Assembly: GCA_963761305.1 (NCBI GenBank)
Contig: CAVXGK010000002.1
Coordinates: 3,136,001 to 3,200,000, forward strand
DNA: 64,000 nt
Reading direction: 5' to 3'
Source: an uncultured Gemmatimonadaceae bacterium
GTDB taxonomy: Bacteria > Gemmatimonadota > Gemmatimonadetes > Gemmatimonadales > Gemmatimonadaceae
Shown here: piece by piece, positions 9,849 through 19,207 of the stretch
How positions within the stretch are numbered: the stretch's first letter is position 1
Layout of the letters: each line of letters starts with the position of its first letter
Position numbers and translations under genes: made by a program
The notes under the pieces: generated by a model
What the model was told of the DNA's origin: nothing
Databases searched by the model: none
The model's input: the letters and a program-made list of their open reading frames with translations, nothing else

Positions 9849-10192
9849 TTCGCGGTCCAGCCCTTCCAGTCCTGTTCGGCGAGCCCGACAGTGAGCGCGT
9901 TGCCGTTGCGGACTAGCGGCATCACCAACAGGTGCGGTTCGTCGACGAGCTTCTCGAGCCATCGTTCGTCGGAAAACCGAGCGTGCCGCAAGCCGAGCTC
10001 GTCGAATCGACGCGATTCGCGATCGATCAATCGGTCGAGTCCGAACCTTTGCGCGAAACGCTTGAGCTCGCCCGGCGACGCCGCACGTTCGTCCAGATCG
10101 ACGAAGTGCGTCTTGATCCGTCTTTCGGCGAAGAACCGCAACGCCTTTCTCGTGTCCGCGCTTTTCTTCACTCCGAAGACCTGAACTTCCAT
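9845..10192 (-). CDS. ArsC/Spx/MgsR family protein
   Basis: MEVQVFGVKKSADTRKALRFF...LLVMPLV; the N-terminal Cys motif is replaced by SADT. Confidence 0.8.
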   Translation of the reverse strand: MEVQVFGVKKSADTRKALRFFAERRIKTHFVDLDERAASPGELKRFAQRFGLDRLIDRESRRFDELGLRHARFSDERWLEKLVDEPHLLVMPLVRNGNALTVGLAEQDWKGWTAK

Positions 10193-10231
10193 CGCTCGCG
10201 CTTGGCTGTTATTGATCGCGGTCACCCAGCG

Positions 10232-11260
10232 ATGCCCACGAGAGGCCCGTTCGTGCCGCCTGCGTCCCGCCGACGAAGCGAGTATACCTACCGCCCGGCG
10301 TGGTGGGTACCCGGCGCGCACGCGCAGACAATGTGGGGAAAGTTCTTTCGCCGGCGAGACACCTATGGCGCACGCCGAGAACGGTGGGACACGCCCGACG
10401 GCGATTTTGTCGATCTGTACCGCATCGACGCGCCGGACGGCGCTCCCCGGCTGTTCTTCCTGCACGGCTTGGAAGGAACCATCCGGTCACATTACGTATC
10501 GGGGTTCTTTGGAGAAGCCCGTCGTCGCGGGTGGGGTGCCGATCTCCTGATCTTTCGTGGCTGCGGTGACGAACCCAACCGCGCGCCCCGCTTCTATCAT
10601 TCCGGCGAAACCGGGGACCTCGCCTTCGCACTCGGCCGCGTGTTGGCCGAGTACCCTCGCTCACCGATTGTGGTCGCCGGCGTTTCGCTCGGCGGCAACG
10701 TGCTGCTCAAGTACCTCGGCGAACGGGGCGATTATCTCCCGCCAAGGGTGCGTGGTGCTGCCACCATCTCGGTTCCCTATGACCTGGAGAGAGGCGCGCG
10801 CCACATCTCGACCGGATTCGCGCGAGTGTACGATCGCCACTTTCTGCGCACACTCCGCACGAAGGCGGAGGCGAAGCTGGCTCGCTATCCCGAGCTATTC
10901 GATCCGAAACAACTGGCGGCGGCGACCTCGATCTACGAGTTCGACGACGCGGTGACCGCACCAGTGCACGGGTTCGCCGATGCGCACGACTATTACGCCA
11001 AGTCGAGCTCGCTGCGGTGGCTTGGGCGGATCAGGCGACCTACGTTCCTCATGAGCGCGGTGGACGATCCCTTTCTGCCGCCTGAAGTGCTCGATGAGGT
11101 TCGCCGCATCGCGCGCGACAACCCGGAATTGACGCTCGAATTCACGGCGCACGGTGGGCACGTCGGTTTCGTCAGTGGCCGTTGGCCGTGGGCCGCATCG
11201 TATTACGCGGAGTGGCGCGCGTGCGAGTTTCTTGCGAATTCGTTGCTTCGCCGAGCTTGA
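10232..11260 (+). CDS. YheT-family alpha/beta hydrolase
   Basis: HAQT, HGLEG, GVSLGG nucleophile motif, DDPF, GGHVGF. Confidence 0.88.
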   Translation: MPTRGPFVPPASRRRSEYTYRPAWWVPGAHAQTMWGKFFRRRDTYGARRERWDTPDGDFVDLYRIDAPDGAPRLFFLHGLEGTIRSHYVSGFFGEARRRGWGADLLIFRGCGDEPNRAPRFYHSGETGDLAFALGRVLAEYPRSPIVVAGVSLGGNVLLKYLGERGDYLPPRVRGAATISVPYDLERGARHISTGFARVYDRHFLRTLRTKAEAKLARYPELFDPKQLAAATSIYEFDDAVTAPVHGFADAHDYYAKSSSLRWLGRIRRPTFLMSAVDDPFLPPEVLDEVRRIARDNPELTLEFTAHGGHVGFVSGRWPWAASYYAEWRACEFLANSLLRRA

Positions 11261-11337
11261 AAAGGACGCGCATCGCCTCACATTCCGTTCGTCGACCGGG
11301 CGCTCGAAGGCCGCCAGGCAACCCGAACAACTGACGC

Positions 11338-11865
11338 ATGACGGTTCTTTACCTCGCGAGCTTCATCGGCGGCTTGATTCTGGCCGTGCGCATCATGACC
11401 CACGGCGTCGAGCGGCCGCGCGAGGAACACCCGACGGGCGACCGATCCTTTCGACTGTCGACGCCCGTGATCGTGAGCTTCACGATGCTGTTCGGGGCTG
11501 CGGGCTACCTCCTGACACGCGGCGGCGCCTCGTCGTCGATCGCGATACCGGTGGCGGCCCTGCTCGGTGCCGCGGGAGCGATCATTGCTGCGAATCTGGT
11601 CAGGAGATGGTGGCGTGTAGTGCCGGAACACGACGTCGACGACGAGCGTTATGTATTGCAGGGACACCTGGCTCGTGTGACGAAATCGATCGGTCCGGAT
11701 GTTGACGGTGAAGTAGCGTTCGAGTTGGGTGGCGATCGCAAGCGACTCCGGGCTCGGGGTTCTCTCGGGGGAGCCATTGCCGCCGACACGGACGTGGTCA
11801 TCGAGCGAGTCGAGGCGGACGTCGCGTACGTAGAAGCCTGGGCCGACGTCGAGAAGCGACTGTAG
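11338..11865 (+). CDS. NfeD-like membrane protein
   Basis: Three TM helices and a C-terminal OB-like domain (GHLARV...GEV...VVIERVE..VAYVE). Confidence 0.65.
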   Translation: MTVLYLASFIGGLILAVRIMTHGVERPREEHPTGDRSFRLSTPVIVSFTMLFGAAGYLLTRGGASSSIAIPVAALLGAAGAIIAANLVRRWWRVVPEHDVDDERYVLQGHLARVTKSIGPDVDGEVAFELGGDRKRLRARGSLGGAIAADTDVVIERVEADVAYVEAWADVEKRL

Positions 11866-11891
11866 GCCGTTAGCGGAGGAGGGGAGGGGCG

Positions 11892-12167
11892 ATGTGGGAC
11901 GCGATCCTGTGCATTCTCATCATCGGCGGCTTCTTCGTCCTGCGCGCCGTGCTCGCTACTGTCTTCTTCTTCTACCTACTGCCGCAGGGCGATCACTGCC
12001 CGAATTGCGACGCGGTGACTTTACGCATTCAGTCGCGCGCCTGGAATTTCTTTTTCCCTAAGTTCAGGACGAGTTGGTGCTACGAGTGCGGATGGCACGG
12101 CCTTCTGCGACACGGGCCGCTCGGAGCGCCGACCGCGACAGCCGAACTGACGCGCCACCCGCGTTGA
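11892..12167 (+). CDS. Small membrane protein with a zinc ribbon
   Basis: GGAGG RBS, N-terminal hydrophobic segment, CPNC and CYEC pairs. Confidence 0.7.
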   Translation: MWDAILCILIIGGFFVLRAVLATVFFFYLLPQGDHCPNCDAVTLRIQSRAWNFFFPKFRTSWCYECGWHGLLRHGPLGAPTATAELTRHPR

Positions 12168-12171
12168 ACCG

Positions 12172-12459
12172 TCAAGCGCTCGCCGCCAGCACCGCGAGCC
12201 ACTCCGGCCAGTTGCCGCTCAACTCGAAGAAGTCGTCGAAATAGTTGAGGCCGAGCCGCTCGAGCTCGGCGATGACGTCAGCCACAGCATCTCCCTCGCC
12301 GTAGATCGGGCCGATCACGACGAGGCCGCCTTCGACGCGGAACTCGTCGGTGGTCAAGCCAAATCGCTCGTCAATCGTCGCGCGAGTCAGCCCGCTCGAT
12401 TCGTAAGCGAGTCGGCGAATCAGAATGGAGGGAGCGCCGGCTTGAATTGAGAGTGCCAT
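12172..12459 (-). CDS. Hypothetical acidic protein
   Basis: Compact ORF with protein-like composition that fills the gap between neighbours. Confidence 0.7.
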   Translation of the reverse strand: MALSIQAGAPSILIRRLAYESSGLTRATIDERFGLTTDEFRVEGGLVVIGPIYGEGDAVADVIAELERLGLNYFDDFFELSGNWPEWLAVLAASA

Positions 12460-12629
12460 GGTAGTCCCGAGCTCTGGGTCGCTGCGTGGTGGGAGAGGGG
12501 CGGGAATATAGGTAGGTCATCGGATGGCGATCGATTCGCGGATGGCCGAGATCGTAACGGGTGGGACAGCCGGAGCCGGCTCCCTGCGCGCGTCCGCCAG
12601 CCGTAGGTTTGCGAATGGGTTCCAGTCTC

Positions 12630-14564
12630 ATGCACGCTGATTCCAGCTTGGAAGCGTCGTTCGACGTCATCGTCGTTGGCGCCGGACACGCGGGCACCGA
12701 GGCCGCCGTCGCGGCCGCGCGATCGGGAGCGAGCGTCGCGATCGTGACGAGCGCCCTGGAGACGATCGGCCAGATGTCTTGCAATCCGGCGATCGGTGGG
12801 ATCGCGAAAGGCACGGTCGTCCGCGAGGTCGACGCGCTTGGCGGGATCATGGGGCGCGCTACCGATCTCGCGACGCTTCAGTTTCGAATGCTTAACCGGA
12901 GCAAGGGTCCAGCCGTATGGGCACCTCGCGCCCAATGCGATCGCGGCCTGTATCGCCGTGCGGTGCGTACACTGCTCGAAGAGCAGCCCGCGATTCACAC
13001 GGTGCAGGGCACGGTGGCGCGGCTTCTGTTCGATCCCGCCGAACCGGTCGTTCAGGGCGTCGAGACGCTGGAAGGGAGGCGCTTCGGTGCCAGAGCCGTC
13101 GTCATCACGACGGGCACGTTCCTCCGCGGACGGATCCACATCGGGACTACGACGAAGATCGGCGGGGGTCGCGCCGGCGAGTCGGCGGCAACCCATCTCG
13201 CCGAACAGTTGGAGGCGGTCGGGCTGACGGTTGCGCGCTTCAAGACCGGTACGCCGCCGCGAATCGATGGCCGCTCGGTCGACTTCGAGCGTCTCGAGCA
13301 GCAAGAAAGTGAGATCGAGCAGTTCGACTATTCGTGGTCGCATTTCTGGCCCGCACCACGGCGAACCGGCCAATCGACGCGCCATCCGGGTCAGCTGCCG
13401 TGCTGGATCACCTTCCTCGGCGCACCCGGTAAGCAGATCATCCAGGACAACATCGGCCGCTCGGCGATGTACGGCGGCGCGATCGAGTCGCGCGGGCCGA
13501 GGTACTGCCCGTCGGTCGAGGACAAGATCGTGAAGTTCCCGGCGGCGGAGCGCCATCAGCTGTTCCTCGAGCCGGAAGGACACGACACGTCCGAGCTGTA
13601 CGTCAACGGGCTCTCCACGTCGCTGCCGGCGCCCGTGCAGATGGACATCCTGCGCACCATTCCCGGCCTGGAGCGCGTGCGGATGACGCGCGCCGGCTAC
13701 GCGATCGAGTACGACTACTACCCGCCGACGCAGCTCGATGCGACGCTGCAGGTCAAGGCGGTTCGCGGCCTGTATTTCGCCGGCCAGATCAACGGCACCA
13801 CGGGCTATGAAGAGGCGGCGGGCCAGGGCACGGTCGCCGGCCTCAACGCCGCCCGCGCCGTCCGCGGCCGCGCGGGGGTCGTCCTGGGCCGAGAGAGTTC
13901 TTATATAGGCGTGCTCGTTGACGATCTCATAACGCGCGGCGTCGACGAACCCTATCGCCTCTTCACGTCGCGCTCCGAGTTCCGGCTGACGGTTCGGCAG
14001 GACAATGCCCTGCGCCGATTGGCGGCGATCGGGGTCGAGATCGGCCTCTACACGCCGCGCGAGCGAGAAGTGATCGCGCGTCGATCCGACGACGAATCTG
14101 CCGCGCTAAGCCTCGCCGGGACGACGAGCCTCAACCCGGTGAACGCAGCGCCGTTGCTCGCTCGAGCCGGCAGCGCGGCTCTGGTTCAATCAACGCGAAT
14201 CGCGGACCTGGCGAAGCGGCAAGGCGTTTCGCTCGGCGAATTGTTCGGGGCCGCCGGCGTTGGGGGCGGTCTTCTCGCTGACGCCGTCGTAACGGCCGAC
14301 CTTGAGATCAAATACGCCGGCTACTTCACGCGTGAGCGTGACCAGGCGGCGAAGTTGCGGCGGATGGGAGAGTTTTCACTCGAGGCCGATGCGCCGTACG
14401 ACGAGATGCGTTCGTTGTCGCTGGAGGCGCGGCAGAAGTTGGCGGCGGTCCGGCCGACGACCTTGGCGCAAGCATCGCGCATTCCCGGCGTCAGCCCAAC
14501 CGACCTTCAGAACCTGGTCATCGAGATGGAGAAGCTGCGCCGCGCTTCCGCCGGCGCAACGTAG
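12630..14564 (+). CDS. mnmG: tRNA uridine-34 modification enzyme MnmG (GidA)
   Basis: [48 protein letters not shown]. Confidence 0.98.
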   Translation: MHADSSLEASFDVIVVGAGHAGTEAAVAAARSGASVAIVTSALETIGQMSCNPAIGGIAKGTVVREVDALGGIMGRATDLATLQFRMLNRSKGPAVWAPRAQCDRGLYRRAVRTLLEEQPAIHTVQGTVARLLFDPAEPVVQGVETLEGRRFGARAVVITTGTFLRGRIHIGTTTKIGGGRAGESAATHLAEQLEAVGLTVARFKTGTPPRIDGRSVDFERLEQQESEIEQFDYSWSHFWPAPRRTGQSTRHPGQLPCWITFLGAPGKQIIQDNIGRSAMYGGAIESRGPRYCPSVEDKIVKFPAAERHQLFLEPEGHDTSELYVNGLSTSLPAPVQMDILRTIPGLERVRMTRAGYAIEYDYYPPTQLDATLQVKAVRGLYFAGQINGTTGYEEAAGQGTVAGLNAARAVRGRAGVVLGRESSYIGVLVDDLITRGVDEPYRLFTSRSEFRLTVRQDNALRRLAAIGVEIGLYTPREREVIARRSDDESAALSLAGTTSLNPVNAAPLLARAGSAALVQSTRIADLAKRQGVSLGELFGAAGVGGGLLADAVVTADLEIKYAGYFTRERDQAAKLRRMGEFSLEADAPYDEMRSLSLEARQKLAAVRPTTLAQASRIPGVSPTDLQNLVIEMEKLRRASAGAT

Positions 14565-14674
14565 TGGCCGAACGTCCGGGTTGCGATATATCGCTCTCGA
14601 GACGGCGACTGGCTGGACCGACCAACCAGGCGCACACCTCGACTCGGCTGCGCGCCAATAGATGGGAGGAGACG

Positions 14675-15397
14675 ATGCGAAGTGTGTGTGCCGGTGCTGC
14701 ATGCGGCGTCTCGTTGTTTGGCGCGCTCCTAGGAGCTCAGACGTCGAGCACTTCGTTGGTAGCGCCAGCGCAGCTGGTTACTACAGGGGTCGGCGAGGCT
14801 TCGGCGGTTCCAGATCGCGCGACGATCTACATCAGCGTTCATTCGAGGGCCACTACGGTGGCGTCTGCGTCGGCCGATAACGCCCGTCGGGTTCGAGCGG
14901 TGATGGATTCCCTGCGGGCGATGGGAATTGGCGCGGACCAAGCGACAACCGCGAGTTACAGCGTGAATCCCGAGATGGCGTATTCGACGACGTCGTCGGA
15001 GTCGCCGCGGGTTGTGGCGTACACGGTGATGAACTCCCTGCGCGTGAAGTTGAAGACGGTGGATGAAGTCGGTCGGGTTATCGACGCGGCGCTGGCGAAG
15101 GGGGCGAATGAGATTTCGAGTCTTCAGTTCTTCTCGTCAAAGGCGGATTCCGCTCGCTCTGTCGCACTGGCGGCCGCGGTCGCCGATGCGAAAGCCCAGG
15201 CCGAGGTAATGGCGCTAGCCGCCGGCGGGTCGCTCGGGCCACTTCTCGAGTTGAATACGTCGTCTGTACCGATTCGTCCGATGCCGCTTATTCAGCCGAT
15301 GATGATGCGCGCGGCGAACCCGACGCCCATCACGCCAGGGGAGCAGACCGTGAGCGCAACCGTCACTGGGCGCTGGGCGTTTATCTCCGGCCGCTGA
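14675..15397 (+). CDS. SIMPL (DUF541/YggE) domain periplasmic protein
   Basis: GGAGGAG RBS, signal peptide, GVGEASAVPDRA, GANEI, ITPGEQTVSATV. Confidence 0.85.
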   Translation: MRSVCAGAACGVSLFGALLGAQTSSTSLVAPAQLVTTGVGEASAVPDRATIYISVHSRATTVASASADNARRVRAVMDSLRAMGIGADQATTASYSVNPEMAYSTTSSESPRVVAYTVMNSLRVKLKTVDEVGRVIDAALAKGANEISSLQFFSSKADSARSVALAAAVADAKAQAEVMALAAGGSLGPLLELNTSSVPIRPMPLIQPMMMRAANPTPITPGEQTVSATVTGRWAFISGR

Positions 15398-15428
15398 CAT
15401 TTGGCCGACCGGTCGAATGAACCGACAA

Positions 15429-15485
15429 AGTGCCACGTGAAACACTTGACCGATCCGAGACGACCAGAACGTTTCACGTGGAACG
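15429..15485. promoter_or_regulatory. parS: Two parS centromere sites
   Basis: AGTGCCACGTGAAACA (15429-15444) and CGTTTCACGTGGAACG (15470-15485) against consensus TGTTNCACGTGAAACA, directly upstream of parA. Confidence 0.88.
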
Positions 15486-15589
15486 TTGTTCGGGTTGGCC
15501 GTCAGCCGTTAGATTGGCCGGCCTGACCGGATCCGACGCATCGGCAGCAATCTTCGTTCAGCGCCAGCAGCGACTCAAACCGAACAAAA

Positions 15590-16357
15590 GTGGCCCGTGT
15601 TATCGCGATAGCCAACCAGAAAGGCGGGGTCGGCAAGACCACGACTGCGGTGAACCTTGCGGCCAGCCTAGCTGCGGCGGAAGCAAAGACGCTCCTGGTC
15701 GATGGTGATCCACAGGGAAACGCCACGAGTGGCGTTGGGGTGGATCTGGCCCGAATCCACGGAACGATCTACGACGTCGTGCTCGGCGCGATGGGGCTCG
15801 ACGAGGTAATTGTCGACGACGTCAACTTCGGCCATCTCGACGTAGCGCCGGCGACGCCGGATCTCGCTGGGGCGGAAGTCGAACTGGTGGACCGTCCCAA
15901 CCGCGACCGGATGATGCGCGACGCGCTGTCGGCGGTTCGAGATCGGTACGAGTTCGTGCTCATCGACTGTCCGCCGTCGCTGGGACTCATCACGCTCAAC
16001 ATGCTTGCGGCGGCGGACTCCCTCCTGATTCCTCTGCAGTGCGAGTACTACGCCCTCGAGGGCTTGTCCCAGTTGCTGAACACAGTTCACCTCGTGCAGC
16101 GAAGCGTCAATCAAGACCTGGCGATCGTGGGAGTGCTGCTTACGATGTACGACGCCAGACTCAACCTCTCTCGACAGGTCGCTGCCGACGCACGCGAGTA
16201 CTTCGGCGCTGAGGTTTTCGAGACGGTTATCCCGCGCAACGTTCGGCTAGCTGAGGCACCAAGCTTCGGAAAGCCCATCATGCTTTACGATATTGCGTCT
16301 ATCGGTGCCCAGGCCTATATGGCTGTGGCCAAAGAACTTATGCGGAGGACTCGATGA
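15590..16357 (+). CDS. parA: Chromosome partitioning ATPase ParA/Soj
   Basis: NQKGGVGKTTT, DPQGNAT, IDCPPSLG, EAPSFGKP. Confidence 0.97.
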   Translation: MARVIAIANQKGGVGKTTTAVNLAASLAAAEAKTLLVDGDPQGNATSGVGVDLARIHGTIYDVVLGAMGLDEVIVDDVNFGHLDVAPATPDLAGAEVELVDRPNRDRMMRDALSAVRDRYEFVLIDCPPSLGLITLNMLAAADSLLIPLQCEYYALEGLSQLLNTVHLVQRSVNQDLAIVGVLLTMYDARLNLSRQVAADAREYFGAEVFETVIPRNVRLAEAPSFGKPIMLYDIASIGAQAYMAVAKELMRRTR

Positions 16358-17241
16358 GTTCGGATCGTCGTTTGGGCCGCGGCCTCGAGGCGTTGATTTC
16401 ATCGGCGACATCCTCCGCCCAGTCTACCAGTGAACTGCAGAGAATCCCGTTATCGCGGGTGCGTCCCAATCCGTTTCAGCCGAGGCGGGAATTTGATCCG
16501 ACGGAAATGGGAGAATTGGAAGCGTCGCTACGGGCCAGTGGCCTGTTGCAGCCGATCAGCGTTCGCCGCCATGGCGACACCTTCGAGCTGATTGCCGGCG
16601 AGCGTCGCGTGCGCGCCGCCACGAACCTCGGCTGGACTGAGATTTCCGCGCTTGTTCGGGATTTCGACGATCGGACCATGCTCGTTCTCGCGCTGGTTGA
16701 GAATCTCCAGCGGACGAATCTGAATCCGCTAGAAGAGGCGCGGGGATATCGTCGCTTGATCGATGAGTTTCATCTCACGCACCAACAGGTCGCGGAGTCG
16801 GTGGGGAAGGACCGCACGACGATCACCAATCTGCTGCGGATTCTCGGATTGCCCGAGACGGTGCAGCGAATGGTGGAAGACGGGCGACTCTCGAGTGGCC
16901 ACGCGAGAGCGCTTCTGGCGCTGGCGGACGCAGGCCAGGCGGAGGAGGTTGCCAGTCTCGCGGCCGGGCGTGGGCTCAGCGTTCGCGAGATCGAGGCGTT
17001 GGTCCGCGAGCGGACAGCGGGTTCTGAGCGACACACGCCGAAGTCACGGCCGGCCGCCGAGGCCGATGGGCAGTCTAACGCCGCCGCCAGGAGTATCGAG
17101 GACGAACTGAGGCGATATCTCCAAACCGACGTGCGTGTCCGGCTTTCCGGCCCGGCGAAGGGCACGATCGAGGTGACGTTTTACTCGAACGAGGATCTTG
17201 ACCGCCTACTCGGCATGATTGTGAGAGGAGAGCGCTTCTAA
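16354..17241 (+). CDS. parB: Chromosome partitioning protein ParB/Spo0J
   Basis: LGRGLEAL, PNPFQPR, IAGERR, ENLQR and an HTH. Confidence 0.97.
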   Translation: MSSDRRLGRGLEALISSATSSAQSTSELQRIPLSRVRPNPFQPRREFDPTEMGELEASLRASGLLQPISVRRHGDTFELIAGERRVRAATNLGWTEISALVRDFDDRTMLVLALVENLQRTNLNPLEEARGYRRLIDEFHLTHQQVAESVGKDRTTITNLLRILGLPETVQRMVEDGRLSSGHARALLALADAGQAEEVASLAAGRGLSVREIEALVRERTAGSERHTPKSRPAAEADGQSNAAARSIEDELRRYLQTDVRVRLSGPAKGTIEVTFYSNEDLDRLLGMIVRGERF

Positions 17242-17393
17242 ACGCCAAATATCGCGACACTAACAGGCCATTTGAGGATCTCTATAAGGCCACTTGTTCT
17301 GGAGCTGTAGCGAGCCTAGCGAGACCAGGCCGGCGCAGGAATCCACGCTTGTGAACACCGTCGTAAGTCTATTAAACAAAAGGGATTGATCGC

Positions 17394-18422
17394 TTGAGCG
17401 AATCTCTACTTCGCCAGTTGTCCACCCTCGTCGCGCTTACGCCAGTTCTGGCAGTGATCGCCTGCAGCGACCACCAGAATCGGTCCGGCAACGATACATC
17501 GGCCGCTCCATTCAGGGTCGCGCTCCTGACGCCGGGCCCAGTCTCCGACCAGTCCTGGAACTCGGGCGCCTACCGCGGCCTGCTTCAGATTCGCGATTCC
17601 CTCGGCGCGCGGATCAGCAACATCGAAACGAAGACGCCGGCGGAGTTCGACGAGAATTTCCGCCAATACGGGAGCCAGGGCTACAACCTCGTCTTCGGCC
17701 ACGGCTTCGAGTTTCAGGACGCCGCCCGTCGAGTCGCACCAGAATTTCCTCATACGATTTTCGTAACGACATCGGGCAGCACGGCCGGGCCCAATCTCGC
17801 CGGGCTGACCTTCGGATTCGCTGACGCCTCCTACCTGGCCGGGGTCCTCGCCGGTGCGATGACGAGATCGAATGCTGTTGGTGTGATCGGCGGAACCGCG
17901 CTGCCTCCGGTCGTGGAGAGCTTTCATGCGTTCGAGCGCGGCGCGCACGACGTGAATCCGCGCATCCGCGTCGTCACGGCTTACATCGGCAACTGGGATG
18001 ACGTGAGCGCCGGCAAGGAGCAGGCGCTCGCCCAGTTCTCGCGCGGTGTCGACGTCGTCTTTCAAAACGCCGACGCGGCTGGGCTCGGCGTGTTTCAGGC
18101 GGCCCGGGAGCGCGGCTCCGTCTTCGTCATCGGCTCCAACTCGGACCAGAACGGCGTCGCGCCGGAAATCACACTCGGAAGCGTGGTCATCGATCTGCCG
18201 CTCGCTTTTCTCACCGTCGCGCGTGAGGTCAAGGCGGGGACGTTCAAACCGCGGGTGGTCGAGCTCGGCGAGGCGAGCCAGGTCGTGAAGCTCGTGCTCA
18301 ATCCGGGGTTGCAATCGAGAATTCCCCCGGCGACGCGGCAGCGGATCGACTCGCTGCAGACGATGATGCTCGCCGGCAAGCTCACAATCTCGGCCGACTC
18401 GACGCACACGCCCAACCCATGA
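17394..18422 (+). CDS. BMP/PnrA-family ABC substrate-binding lipoprotein (nucleoside-type)
   Basis: Lipobox VIAC, DQSWN, GHGFEF, ASYLAGVLAG. Confidence 0.88.
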   Translation: MSESLLRQLSTLVALTPVLAVIACSDHQNRSGNDTSAAPFRVALLTPGPVSDQSWNSGAYRGLLQIRDSLGARISNIETKTPAEFDENFRQYGSQGYNLVFGHGFEFQDAARRVAPEFPHTIFVTTSGSTAGPNLAGLTFGFADASYLAGVLAGAMTRSNAVGVIGGTALPPVVESFHAFERGAHDVNPRIRVVTAYIGNWDDVSAGKEQALAQFSRGVDVVFQNADAAGLGVFQAARERGSVFVIGSNSDQNGVAPEITLGSVVIDLPLAFLTVAREVKAGTFKPRVVELGEASQVVKLVLNPGLQSRIPPATRQRIDSLQTMMLAGKLTISADSTHTPNP

Positions 18423-19207
18423 CCGCGAGCCGCGCGGTTTCACTGAGCACGATCGCCGAGTTTCTCGACTCGACGCTCGACATCGCCGCGATTCCCGACT
18501 ATCCCAACGCGCTCAACGGCATCCAGCTGGCGAACGTCGGTCCGATCGAACGAATTGCGACGGCCGTCGATTTCTCGACCGCAACCGTTCGCGAGACCAT
18601 CGCGCTGGGCGCGAAGCTGCTCGTCGTCCACCACGGAATGTTCTGGGGCGGGACGCAACCGATCACGGGGCATCGGTACGAACGACTCCGCGCACTATTC
18701 GCGAACGACGTCGCCGTGTACTCGGCGCATCTCCCACTGGACGTCCATGCGCGATTCGGCAACAACGCGCTCCTCGCCAGTCGTTTGGGCCTCACACCGA
18801 CCGGTGGGTTTACGCGGTACCAGACGATCGAGGTGGGCGTGAGCGGCGTCGATGAAATTCCAACCCAGGTGTTGGCCGATCGCGCCGGTGAAATGGCGCG
18901 GGAGTTCCGTGGCTCGCTGGTCGCCACGCCGTTCGATTCCGCGAGGGTCACTCGGCGTTGGGGGATCTGCACGGGCTCCGGCGCGGATTCGTCGAGCTTG
19001 CGCGAGGCCACGAGCCGCGGTCTCGACACGCTGATCGTCGGCGAAGGGCCGCATCACACGGCCATCGAGGCGACCGAGCTCGGAATCGTCGTCATCTATG
19101 CGGGTCACTACGCGACCGAGACGCTCGGCGTGCGCGCGCTGGGCGACGCGACGGCAGCGCACTTCGGGCTGTCGTCGACGTTCGTCGACGTCCCGAGCGG
19201 ACTGTGA
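18419..19207 (+). CDS. Nif3/YbgI (DUF34) dinuclear metal-centre protein
   Basis: NGIQ, VHHG, HLPLD..GNN, GHYATE. Confidence 0.92.
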   Translation: MTASRAVSLSTIAEFLDSTLDIAAIPDYPNALNGIQLANVGPIERIATAVDFSTATVRETIALGAKLLVVHHGMFWGGTQPITGHRYERLRALFANDVAVYSAHLPLDVHARFGNNALLASRLGLTPTGGFTRYQTIEVGVSGVDEIPTQVLADRAGEMAREFRGSLVATPFDSARVTRRWGICTGSGADSSSLREATSRGLDTLIVGEGPHHTAIEATELGIVVIYAGHYATETLGVRALGDATAAHFGLSSTFVDVPSGL

